From an uncultured Chloroflexia bacterium (GTDB taxonomy: Bacteria > Chloroflexota > UBA6077 > JACCZL01): a stretch of 64,000 bases of DNA. The notes beneath the pieces are model-generated. The model ran no database searches. It was not told the DNA's origin and saw only the letters and a program-made list of their open reading frames with translations. The position numbers and the translations under genes were made by a program. Positions within the stretch are counted from its first letter, which is position 1; every line of letters begins with the position of its first letter. Shown one piece after another: positions 27,229 to 37,166 of this stretch. The stretch is from NCBI GenBank assembly GCA_963765765.1, contig CAVXYC010000028.1:146613-210612 (forward strand), in the 5' to 3' direction.

Positions 27229-29069
27229 CACTCCTCGCACCTTTGGGGCTGGCCCTTGGCTTGCTTATCCCGGTTCTGATTTTTTTCTACTTGCTGCGAG
27301 CGCGGCGGCACGAGTTCGACGTGAGCAGCACTCTTCTCTGGCAGCATTTGCTGCGCGATCTAGCGGCGCACGAACCGTGGCAGAGACTCCACGTCAGCGT
27401 GCTCCTCATCGCCCAGCTTGTGCTCATCATTTTGCTCACATTGACCCTGGCAAGACCGACGTACATCGCCCAAGCATCAGAGCCAGTTCATGCGATTCTG
27501 GTGCTTGACGGCTCAGCGAGCATGCAGGCGACTGATGTTCCGCCCAATCGATTCGAAGATGCTCGACGTCAGGCGCGTGATGTGATGGAGGGACTCCCGG
27601 AGGGCTCGACCGTGACGGTCATCGCAGCGCGCACGCAAGCAGAAGTGCTGGCAAGCGCCGTCACGGATCGCCGCACCGCCGAGCTAGCGATCGATCGAGC
27701 TCAGGTCGGATCGGTGGGTAGCGGCCTCCTTCAGGCGATAACGCTCGCGGGGTCACTGGGTACCGGACGAATTCGCAGTCAGATATATCTCTTTTCGGAT
27801 GGAGCGGTTCCCGACTTCGAGGCGATCAGAGAGTCGGATCTCCCCATTCGCTTCATTCCTATCGGTAGAGACAATGAGAACTACGCGCTAACAGCGCTTT
27901 CGGCACGGCCGGATCCACTCAATGCCCGCCGTTACCAGGTATTTGCACGTGTATCCAACTTCAGCAGCGGATCGCTTGGAACCACTCTCTCATTGTTCGC
28001 GGATGACAATCCGATGGACGCACGAGACGTGCGGGTGGCGCCGGGCGCAACTCAGGAATTCGTGTTCAACGATCTCCCGCTGGGTGCTCGGGCAGTGGAC
28101 GCCAGACTGGCTTCTACAGATCGACTTGCGCTTGATGACCGAGCGTACGCCGTGCTGGATGTTCGTCGTCCATCACAGGTGCTGCTGGTGACAGCCGGAA
28201 ACCTGTACCTCGAGAAAGTGCTGAACCTGCTGGGCAATGCGGAAGTGTTTCGAGTGGCGCCCCGAAGGTATCTTTCGGTCGATACCGAGCGATACGACGT
28301 TGTGATTTTCGACAGCTTCATACCCGAGGCCCTGCCGCCATCGAACATGCTCATCATCAATCCACCCGAAACGTCAAATTTCGTCTTCGAGGGAGAGGCG
28401 CGGCGACCGCGTATCAGACAGTGGAATCGTGATGATCCTTTGCTCCAATTCGTCGATCTACGTGACATCGGGATCGCGCGAGCGATCCGCGTGTCTCCGC
28501 CATCATGGATGCGCACGCTCATCGAATCGGACGATGTGAGCCTGATGCTGGCTGGCGAGCAGGAAACTCAACGCGTGGTGCTCTTCCCGTTTGACTTCAG
28601 GCAGACGAATTTGCCACTCTCGTCGGCATTCCCCATCCTTATGTCAAATGTACTCGGCTACCTCGAGCCTGGTGGCCAGGTGAATATGCGCGAGCTCAAG
28701 CTCGGCGACCCAGTAAACGTTCAGCCGCTGCTCCTGGCGGACACGATCACCGTCAACCGCCCCGATGGTACGACCACGGAGTTCAGGCCCGAGCGACAGA
28801 ATGTAACCTATCAGGACACTGACATCCCGGGCATTTATCAAGTGCTACAGAAGGCCGGCGCGCAGCTTATCGCCCAGGACACGTTCGCGGTGAGTCCAAC
28901 CGATGCGCGCGAGTCCAATATTGCGCCGCAATCGATTCCAGAAAGTGCCCAGAGGGCCACTCCGGATATCGCCCAAATAGAGATCAATCGCGAAATTTGG
29001 CGATGGCTGGTTCCGCCAGCAATTCTTCTGCTGTTGTTCGAGTGGTGGTGGTTCCACAGGCGAACATGA
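27225..29069 (+). CDS. BatA-domain + VWA membrane protein
   Basis: N-terminal BatA double TM (SSTLLW...LARP), MIDAS DGSAS, C-terminal LLFEWW anchor. Confidence 0.9.
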   Translation: MTLLAPLGLALGLLIPVLIFFYLLRARRHEFDVSSTLLWQHLLRDLAAHEPWQRLHVSVLLIAQLVLIILLTLTLARPTYIAQASEPVHAILVLDGSASMQATDVPPNRFEDARRQARDVMEGLPEGSTVTVIAARTQAEVLASAVTDRRTAELAIDRAQVGSVGSGLLQAITLAGSLGTGRIRSQIYLFSDGAVPDFEAIRESDLPIRFIPIGRDNENYALTALSARPDPLNARRYQVFARVSNFSSGSLGTTLSLFADDNPMDARDVRVAPGATQEFVFNDLPLGARAVDARLASTDRLALDDRAYAVLDVRRPSQVLLVTAGNLYLEKVLNLLGNAEVFRVAPRRYLSVDTERYDVVIFDSFIPEALPPSNMLIINPPETSNFVFEGEARRPRIRQWNRDDPLLQFVDLRDIGIARAIRVSPPSWMRTLIESDDVSLMLAGEQETQRVVLFPFDFRQTNLPLSSAFPILMSNVLGYLEPGGQVNMRELKLGDPVNVQPLLLADTITVNRPDGTTTEFRPERQNVTYQDTDIPGIYQVLQKAGAQLIAQDTFAVSPTDARESNIAPQSIPESAQRATPDIAQIEINREIWRWLVPPAILLLLFEWWWFHRRT

Positions 29070-29082
29070 TGAGATCACGCAA

Positions 29083-31888
29083 ATGACGATCGATTTCGCC
29101 CAACCGCTGATGCTCCTCATGCTGGTGGTGCTGCCATTGCTGGTGGTGCTGCATCGCGCTAGCAGGAACACCCTGCCGCTGCGTCGGCGACGCATGGTCT
29201 TGGCCGTGCGACTCATCGTGACAGCGCTCCTGGTGCTGGCCGTGGCTGAACCGCGGGTGTACACGAAGGCAGATCGCGTTGCGGTAGCCTTCCTGGCCGA
29301 CGTGTCCGACAGCACTGGCACTGAGGGCGAGATCGTCAATTGAGCTGGCTGCGGCAAGCCCTGCAATCAGCCGGTGATCGTGATGAATCCATGGTTATCG
29401 CTTTTGGAGCCGACACGGCGATTGAGCGCCCACTGAGCAGTTCGCACGATATCGCGCCGCTCTCTTCGGTCGTGGATGCCAGCCGAACGAACCTCGCTGG
29501 CGCCATTCGTCTAGCACTGGCCGCACTGCCCACGGATCGACTCCGCAAGATTGTGCTGCTTTCAGATGGCAATGAGAACCTGGACAGTGTTGCCGATCAG
29601 GGTCGCATCGCGGCCTCGGCTAATGTACCAATCTCGGTGGTGCCACTCGGAACGAGAAGCTCGCCTGAGCTTCTCGTTCGTTCGCTAGAGACGCCATCGT
29701 TCATACGAGAAGGCGAAAACTTCTCCGCCTCGGTCTCGATCGAATCCACCGTCGACGGGCCCGCAAGACTCCATCTGATCTCCGACGGTAAGCTCATCTC
29801 AACGCAAGACGTCGAGGTGACGGCCGGTAACAATACATTCGTCCTGCCGCAAGAGCCTCAAACTCAGGGATTTCATCTTTTCCGGGTTCAGCTCGAAGCA
29901 CCAAACGACACGTACCCACAGAACAATGAAGCCGGCAGCTACACCGTCGTTGCTGGCCGACCAAGAGTTCTGATCATCGAAGGCGAGCCAGGAGAGACCC
30001 GCTATCTTGCTGAGGCGCTACGGTCCGCGGGCCTGACTACCGACGTTAAAGCTGTAGGGGAAACGGCGATCGATACCGCGGTGTTGCGTGGGTACGAAAG
30101 CGTCGTCCTGGCCAATGTTCCGGCGAATCGACTGACGCTCCCGCAGATGCGCTCGATCTCGTCCTACGTTCAGAACCTGGGCGGTGGACTGGTCGTGGTT
30201 GGCGGCGAACGGAGCTACGGTGTTGGCCGCTACGGCCGCACTCCTCTAGAAGAAGCACTGCCGGTACGTATGGATCTGCGAGGCCGCACGCTCACCGCCA
30301 GCGTTGCCCTGAATCTGGTCATCGACGTTTCAGGGAGCATGGCGGGCGGCCCTGGTGCATCAAAGATGGATCTCGCCAAAGAAGCAGCCATACGCGCAAC
30401 TGAATTCCTCGGTGAGCAAGATCAGCTCGGCATTCTGGCCTTCGACGATTCCAACAAATGGCTACAGGAGCCGACATTCCTAACGGACCTCAGGCAGTTC
30501 AAGTACTTATAGGCACGCTGAGTCCGGGGGGCGGTACATCGATCTATCCGGCTGCTGAAGCCGCCTATTTCTCGCTCGTTCCGCTCGAAGCCAAAGTGAA
30601 GCACATCATATTGCTCACCGATGGACTTTCTACGGGCGGCGACTACGAGACGCTCACGAGTAATATGCGCGCTCAGGGAATCACGCTATCCACTGTAGCC
30701 ATCGGTTCAGACGCCGACTTCAATTTGCTCCGACGGCTTGCCGAGATGGGCAATGGCCGCTACTACGAGGGCAATGATCCGTTCGATCTGCCGCAGCTTG
30801 TGGTGAAGGAAACTCAGGAAGTAGCTCGAGCAGCAATAGTCGAGGAGGACTTTAAACCCCTTCAGGTTGGCGCAAGCCCGATCATGGAGGGTGTGGACGC
30901 GAGTCAATTCCCCTCGCTCCGTGGTTACGTTTCGACGACACCCAAGCCAAGCTCGCAGATCGTGCTCGTTTCCAAACTCGGCGACCCGCTGCTCTCCGAA
31001 TGGCAGTACGGGCTCGGTCGTGTGGTGGCTTGGACTTCCGACGCGAAGAACCGTTGGTCGACCGACTGGGTGGGCTGGCCGGACTTCAATCGCTTCTGGG
31101 CTCAGATGGTGAAGCGCACACTCCCTGTTCCGATTGATCGGAACACGGCCATCACAGTCAGTCCGGAACAGGGTGCCGTGCGGATAACTGTGGACTCCAG
31201 CACGGATGACAAGACGTATCTCAATTTCCTGTCCACTCGTGCTGTTGTCGTCCGGCCAGATCAGACCCAAACCGACGTTGCCCTTCCTCAAGTTGCTCCG
31301 GGCCGATACGAGGCGCACGTACCAGTTAATCAAGAGGGTGCGCATTTCATCAATGTTGTTCAGCAAGACCAGGCAGGCCAGCTATTGGGTGCGCGTCCCG
31401 CTGGCTTTGTGGTGCCATACTCTCCTGAATATCGCGACCTGCGAACGAACCCAGAGCTGCTCGCCCAGCTTGCCCGCGCGAGCGGCGGCAAAGTGCTCGG
31501 TGAGCCGGCTGAGGCATTCGCCATCGAGCAAGCTAGCGCCGGGCAGCCTCGTGAGCTCTGGCCCTGGCTGTTGGCCCTCGCGGCTCTGTTGTTTATGTTC
31601 GATATCGCGGCTCGACGCCTCCGTCTCGCATTCGTAGACGTTCAGCGAGGCTGGGTGATGGCACAAGACCGCTGGCGCGACACGCGGGAGGCTGGGACGC
31701 GTGATGTTGGCACCCGCCTTTTCCGAGCTCGGAACCGCGGCAACGCGTCCATTCCCACCCTGCATGGGCCGGAGGGCGAGATCAGCCCATCGAGCGAAGG
31801 CTCCCAGAGCTCGGCATCTGCCAGCTCGTCGGCTCTGGGCTCGCGATTGCTCGACGTCAAAAGGCGCGCCGGCGGGAAATCGTCGTAG
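29083..31888 (+). CDS. Double-VWA + glutamine-amidotransferase-like membrane protein, two frameshifts (about 29330 and 30490)
   Basis: MIDAS DVSDS and DVSGS, LLSDG/LLTDG, GGGLVVVGG..SYG, WQYGLGRVVAWTSD, PYSPEY; spans three ORFs. Confidence 0.88.
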
Positions 31889-31936
31889 TCGCACTTGTTA
31901 ACACGCTAGCTGGCCGTGTAGCGAAGGTGATGCTGA

Positions 31937-32512
31937 ATGGCTAGGCGTGTCATTGTTGGCATCAGCGGTTCGACAGGAGCCATTTACGGTGCTCGCCTCC
32001 TGGAAGTGCTCCATGGCATTCCCGACATCGAGACCCACCTGGTAATGAGCTCCGCCGCTCGAACGACGATCGAATACGAGATGGAGCAAGATTATTCAGA
32101 GATCGCAGCCCTTGCTGACGTTCTCTATGACGATCGGAATGTCGGCGCCGCTATCGCGAGCGGATCCTTCATCACCGAGGGGATGATCGTAGCTCCATGC
32201 AGCATGCGCTCACTCTCGGCGATCGCAAACAGTTTGAACGACAATCTGCTCACGCGTGCCGCGGATGTGTGCTTGAAGGAGCGTCGCCGACTTGTCTTGA
32301 TCGCTCGAGAAACACCACTCCATGCAGGCCATCTGAGACTGATGCTCGACTGCACCACTGCCGGGGCCGTAATCCTCCCTCCGTCCCCTGCCTTCTACCA
32401 TCGGCCGAAGACGATTCTGGACATCGTGGACCAGACACTCGGCAAAGCGCTGGATCTGTTTGGAATAGATGCAGGACTGTTTGAGCGATGGCACGGGTTA
32501 GAGAAGGACTGA
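31937..32512 (+). CDS. ubiX: Flavin prenyltransferase
   Basis: GISGSTG, IASGS, PCSMRSL, RAADVCLKERRRLVL, RETPL, PAFYHRP. Confidence 0.96.
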   Translation: MARRVIVGISGSTGAIYGARLLEVLHGIPDIETHLVMSSAARTTIEYEMEQDYSEIAALADVLYDDRNVGAAIASGSFITEGMIVAPCSMRSLSAIANSLNDNLLTRAADVCLKERRRLVLIARETPLHAGHLRLMLDCTTAGAVILPPSPAFYHRPKTILDIVDQTLGKALDLFGIDAGLFERWHGLEKD

Positions 32513-32541
32513 GGATCCTTCGGGGAAGGACCCCACCCCGA

Positions 32542-33696
32542 TTACCTCTCCGAATATAGCCTCGATGCGTTTACCGCGCTCCGATCCAGATCCGCAATAG
32601 TCGGGCGTCCTAGAAGCGCCATCGCACGGTCCATTTCGGCAAGAAGGATATCGAGGGCTCGCTCAACGCCCTCTTCACCCCGAGCACCGAGGCCGTACAA
32701 GAATGCCCGGCCGATCATGCACGATGTCGCGCCGAGAGCCAGCGCTTTGACGATGTCTCCGCCGCGACGGATGCCGCCATCAAAGACCACCTCAGCGCGA
32801 CCCGCGACTGCGTCGGCAATCCCAGGCAGAACTTCGAGTGAGGAAGGCAAGCCCTCGAGTTGACGGCCTCCATGATTGGAAACCACAATCGCCTCCACGC
32901 CGTGGTCCACGGCAAGTCGTGCGTCCTCGGTCGACATCACGCCCTTCAGTAACATTGGCCCCTGCCAGACCGAGCGAAACCACTCCAGGTCCTTCCACGA
33001 GATCGAGGGATCGTGAAGGCTCTGCGCGTACGCACCCAGTGAGATCGCATCATTCCGACCCGATCCTGGCGCATCCACGAAGTTCTTGAAGGTCACCCGC
33101 GGCCCACGGACCGCACCGATGATCCAGGGAATCTTCTGAATCGTGTCGAAGACGTTCTGGAGCGTTACGCGGGGTGGAATCGTGAAGCCGTTGCGAATAT
33201 CGCGTTCTCGTTGTCCGATGACCGGCACATCGGCAGTCAGACACAGAGCCGTGTATCCAGCTGCACGTGCCCGCTCGATGAGTGAGCGCGTTACTTCGCG
33301 GTCCCGCACGACGTAGAGCTGAAACCACTTGGGGCCTGACACCGCTTCCGCAACTTCCTCGATGGAGGTCATGGAGTGCGTGCTCAGCGTAAATCCGAGC
33401 CCTCGCCGCGCTGCCACTCGGGCAGCCAGGATCTCCCCTCTAGGAGCAACCAGTCCTGCCAGGCCCGTAGGCGCCAGGATGATTGGCGCCTGAAGTGGCG
33501 CGCCGAGCACGCTAGTACTGAGGTCACGCTTGGAGACGTCAACCAGAACGCGTGGACGAAAGGTCACTCGCTCGAAGTCGGCGCGATTGACACGGAGCGT
33601 CGCCTCGTCCTCAGCCCCGCCGTCGATGAAGTCGAAGACCGCTCGCGGTAAACGTCGGCGCGCGCGGCGCCGCAGGTCCTCAATCGTAACAATCAT
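32542..33696 (-). CDS. FMN-dependent alpha-hydroxy acid dehydrogenase (L-lactate dehydrogenase LldD-like)
   Basis: VSNHGGRQ, DGGIRRG.D..KALALGA, FDFIDGGAEDE. Confidence 0.94.
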   Translation of the reverse strand: MIVTIEDLRRRARRRLPRAVFDFIDGGAEDEATLRVNRADFERVTFRPRVLVDVSKRDLSTSVLGAPLQAPIILAPTGLAGLVAPRGEILAARVAARRGLGFTLSTHSMTSIEEVAEAVSGPKWFQLYVVRDREVTRSLIERARAAGYTALCLTADVPVIGQRERDIRNGFTIPPRVTLQNVFDTIQKIPWIIGAVRGPRVTFKNFVDAPGSGRNDAISLGAYAQSLHDPSISWKDLEWFRSVWQGPMLLKGVMSTEDARLAVDHGVEAIVVSNHGGRQLEGLPSSLEVLPGIADAVAGRAEVVFDGGIRRGGDIVKALALGATSCMIGRAFLYGLGARGEEGVERALDILLAEMDRAMALLGRPTIADLDRSAVNASRLYSER

Positions 33697-33711
33697 GATT
33701 GCTCCGTTGCG

Positions 33712-34470
33712 CTACTGCGCGCGCTGACTGATGATCTCGGGAATGATCCATGGGTAAAACATGGCGTTGAGCGCGGCCCTTCGCTGCGTGGAATCGCCTG
33801 AGGCGAATGGACTCCGCGCCGACAGAATCCCGGCAAGCAGATTCTCGCCTGACCCCATCGTTGTCTGGCCATCCTGGGTCCGGACTGCTGACGCGCCTCG
33901 GGTGAGCACGGGCGCACCGGCGGTCGAAGCCGGCAAATTCGCGTCGATCACACCCAGCGGCTGGCCCTGAAACGGGACCGGATAGACGGACGCGATGCTG
34001 GCGCTGCGCACAATGGGCAGGTTGTGAACGTCGTCAAACAGGCCTTCGGGATAACCTACCACCAGCACATCCTCACCGAGTGGTAGCTCCATCTCACGAG
34101 GCACCTGATCGAGGATACTGAATGCCCGAATGACGTATTGCATCTCCAACTCATCGCCGTCCAGCTCAACTGTGATGAGGTCCACCTCCCCGGCGCGGGT
34201 CGGATGCTGTTGCCATGCCGGCTCGCCATCAACCTGGAGCGGAACGACTATTTCTTCATGCTGAGTCAGGTCGTCGGGATTGTTATGGAGCCGTAATCTC
34301 AGCTCTTCGGGCTGCTGGCCGGCGTCATTTGTCAGAACAACAGCCCGGCTCGTTACGAGATGCAACGTGCCCGAGTAATAGTAGAAAAATCCGGACGCGA
34401 TCGCGTGCAAGGCACCCGAACCAAATGCTGACACGGGCGTCACAGCAGCGACGATATCACTCTGAGCCAT
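33712..34470 (-). CDS. Trypsin-like peptidase fold protein, catalytic His and Ser substituted
   Basis: ASGFFY, LVTSRAVV (His position is Ala), VDL, VGYP.G, ASTAGAPV (Ser position is Ala). Confidence 0.75.
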   Translation of the reverse strand: MAQSDIVAAVTPVSAFGSGALHAIASGFFYYYSGTLHLVTSRAVVLTNDAGQQPEELRLRLHNNPDDLTQHEEIVVPLQVDGEPAWQQHPTRAGEVDLITVELDGDELEMQYVIRAFSILDQVPREMELPLGEDVLVVGYPEGLFDDVHNLPIVRSASIASVYPVPFQGQPLGVIDANLPASTAGAPVLTRGASAVRTQDGQTTMGSGENLLAGILSARSPFASGDSTQRRAALNAMFYPWIIPEIISQRAQ

Positions 34471-34577
34471 AGTGCTTGCGATGCTACCATGAGCCGGACG
34501 GATGGAGTGGCAGAGAGCAGTGGCCGTATGACGGCGGACGTATAATTCGGGCCGTAGAGAGCATTGGAGAGCGTAGC

Positions 34578-35030
34578 GTGAAGGTCGTACTGAGCCAGGA
34601 TGTAAAGGGTGTGGGCAAGGCCGGGGAAGTTAAGGACGTCGCGGATGGATACGCTCGCAACTTCCTGCTACGCCGCAAACTCGCGATCGTCGCGACCGAA
34701 GGCGCTGTGAAGACGGCCGAGGCCAAGCAGGCCGCTTTTGACCGTCGCGCCGAGACTGAAGAAGCCCTAGCGCGCGAGGAGGCGGCACGTATGAGCGCGG
34801 AGCCAATCGTGCTTAGGGCAAAGATGGGTGACCAGGGTCGTTTGTACGGCTCGATTACCGCGGCGGACATTGCCGAAGAGCTTGGTAAGAAATGGGGGCA
34901 TGAGTTCGACAAGCGAAAAGTCGAGCTCAGCGAGCCGCTTCGACACATCGGTAGTCACACGGTCGGAGTCCAGATTCACAGAAACGTGACCGCGCAAGTG
35001 ACGGTTGACGTTCAGCCGGCACAAGACTGA
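34578..35030 (+). CDS. rplI: 50S ribosomal protein L9
   Basis: (M)KVVLSQDVKGVGKAGEVKDVADGYARNFL, RLYGSIT; GGAG RBS before GTG. Confidence 0.97.
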   Translation: MKVVLSQDVKGVGKAGEVKDVADGYARNFLLRRKLAIVATEGAVKTAEAKQAAFDRRAETEEALAREEAARMSAEPIVLRAKMGDQGRLYGSITAADIAEELGKKWGHEFDKRKVELSEPLRHIGSHTVGVQIHRNVTAQVTVDVQPAQD

Positions 35031-35052
35031 CGTAGCGTCATCCAGCACGCCA

Positions 35053-36435
35053 ATGGCGATTGAACGCATCGATCTCGATTCATCCGCGGAACGAGTTCCG
35101 CCGCATAGTATCGAGGCCGAAGAGGCGGTGCTGGGCAGCATCCTGATTGACCGGGATGCCATTCAACTGATCGCGCACTTCCTCGCGCCGACTGACTTCT
35201 ATCGGCAGCGGAACGCGACGATCTTTAACTCTATGCTCGAGATCTATAACCGCCGTGAGCAGGTGGACTACCTCACCCTGGTCACCGAGCTCCAGCGTAG
35301 CGAACAGTATGACGGGGTGGGCGGGCTCGCTTATCTCTCAGGACTTCTCACCGTGGTTCCTACGTCTGTTCACGTTGAGAGCTACGCACGCATTGTTGAG
35401 CGAGTGGCCGTCATGCGTCGGCTTATCACCGCGGGCGCGCGAATTGCCGGCATTGGCTACCAGAACAATGTCGACGTTGATGAAGCCCTCGAGCAATCCG
35501 AGCGCTTCCTCATGGACGTGGCTCAACGACGGATCACGCGTGAATTCGAGTCACTCAGCGACATTCTGCAGGATTACCTGAACCAGCTTCCGAGCTCCGC
35601 CGATGACGACTCAAATCGGCACGGCATTCCCACGGGGTTCATCGATCTGGACAAGATCACGGGCGGCTTCCAGCGGTCGGACCTCATTATTCTGGCCGCT
35701 CGCCCCAGTATGGGAAAGACGTCTCTCGCGCTAAATATCGCTGAGAATGTTGCTATTCCGGCCGCCATCCGACGCGGAGACCCCGGAGCGCAGGGCGGGA
35801 CGGTTGCCGTCTTCAGCATTGAAATGTCGAAGGCACAGCTCGCGGGACGCATGCTTGCCACTGAGGCCACCGTCGATTCGTCTCGAATTCGGCAGGGTCG
35901 GCTCAGCGATTCCGACTGGCGCAAGATAACCCACGCTATCGGTATTCTCGGCGATGCGCCCATCTATATCGATGACACGCCCGGAATCTCCATCGTTGAG
36001 CTTCGTTCCAAGGCGCGCCGGCTGCACGCCGATCGACAGCTCGATCTGATCGTCGTGGACTATTTGCAGCTTATCAACGGCTCTGGCTCGGACAACCGCG
36101 TACAGGAAGTCTCAGAGATCTCCCGTTCGCTCAAGGCTCTTGCGCGCGAGCTGAACGTCCCCGTCCTGGCGCTGTCTCAGCTTTCCCGAGCTGTGGAATC
36201 GAGATCCCCGAAGATTCCAATGCTTTCAGACCTACGAGAGAGCGGCAGCATCGAACAGGATGCCGATCTCGTGCTCTTCATCTATCGTGAGGATTTCTAC
36301 GATCGAGAAACTGAGAAGAAGGGCATTGCCGAGCTGCACGTCGCTAAACACCGCAACGGCCCTACTGGTCAGATTAATCTTCTTTTTATGGACCGCACGA
36401 CGCGCTTCGTGGACCTCGAAACCTTTCGCGAATGA
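35053..36435 (+). CDS. dnaB: Replicative DNA helicase
   Basis: PPHSIEAE, AARPSMGKT, VDYLQL, SQLSR, DLRESGSIEQDAD, KHRNGP; no intein. Confidence 0.98.
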   Translation: MAIERIDLDSSAERVPPHSIEAEEAVLGSILIDRDAIQLIAHFLAPTDFYRQRNATIFNSMLEIYNRREQVDYLTLVTELQRSEQYDGVGGLAYLSGLLTVVPTSVHVESYARIVERVAVMRRLITAGARIAGIGYQNNVDVDEALEQSERFLMDVAQRRITREFESLSDILQDYLNQLPSSADDDSNRHGIPTGFIDLDKITGGFQRSDLIILAARPSMGKTSLALNIAENVAIPAAIRRGDPGAQGGTVAVFSIEMSKAQLAGRMLATEATVDSSRIRQGRLSDSDWRKITHAIGILGDAPIYIDDTPGISIVELRSKARRLHADRQLDLIVVDYLQLINGSGSDNRVQEVSEISRSLKALARELNVPVLALSQLSRAVESRSPKIPMLSDLRESGSIEQDADLVLFIYREDFYDRETEKKGIAELHVAKHRNGPTGQINLLFMDRTTRFVDLETFRE

Positions 36436-37166
36436 GTAAAAGGAGATTCGACGGTTTTCCTCAGCGCATGGCTTTCGTGCCGGTTCCCGCTCCTTTACTC
36501 GGGCCACTTCTCCAGGAAATCGATTCTCTCGCTGAGTTGAAACTCGTCCTGCATCTCTGGCGCAGGCTTCAGGAAACGCGCAGATCACCACGATACGCGC
36601 TCCTGAGTGAGATTCGCGCAGATCGCGCTCTGATCGTTGCACTCCAGAATCCGGATTCCGGAAACCCGCGCGTCACGCTGGAAGATGCACTCCGTAGTTC
36701 CGTGGAGCGCGGAATCTTTCTTCAGGTCGATGCGCAGCGGGATGATCGGTCCGACGCGTGCGTGCTGCTCAACACTCCCCAAAACCATCGGCTGGCGGAA
36801 CAGATCGCGGCGGGCACGATCGTGATACCCGGACTGGGTATTCCGCATGCTCCAGCCGTACCGGCAGAAGCACGGCCCAGTATCTTCAAGCTCTATGAGG
36901 ACAATATTGGCATGCTGACTCCGCTTGCCGCGGAGGAGCTGCGCGAAGCCGAGCTTACCTACTCAGCCGAATGGATTGAAGACGCTTTCCGTGAGGCCGT
37001 TGGCTACAATAAACGCAATTGGCGCTACATTCGACGCATCCTGGAGAACTGGGGCGTGAATGGGCGGGGAGCCGGACCACGTGGAGAGCCTGGGCGAGAC
37101 ACTCAGCCGCCTGAAGATTCTCGAGCATATGTCTCGGGTCGCTACGGACGATACGTCAAACACTGA
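36432..37166 (+). CDS. dnaD: DnaD domain protein
   Basis: IFKLYEDNIG.LTP...AFREAV..NKRNWRYIRRILENW DnaD domain. Confidence 0.88.
   Translation: MSKRRFDGFPQRMAFVPVPAPLLGPLLQEIDSLAELKLVLHLWRRLQETRRSPRYALLSEIRADRALIVALQNPDSGNPRVTLEDALRSSVERGIFLQVDAQRDDRSDACVLLNTPQNHRLAEQIAAGTIVIPGLGIPHAPAVPAEARPSIFKLYEDNIGMLTPLAAEELREAELTYSAEWIEDAFREAVGYNKRNWRYIRRILENWGVNGRGAGPRGEPGRDTQPPEDSRAYVSGRYGRYVKH

Noticed and set aside
31937-32512. ubiX as a functional part of the MoxR operon
   Set aside because: It is co-oriented but has its own RBS, and no UbiD partner is in the window; nothing beyond adjacency supports a link.
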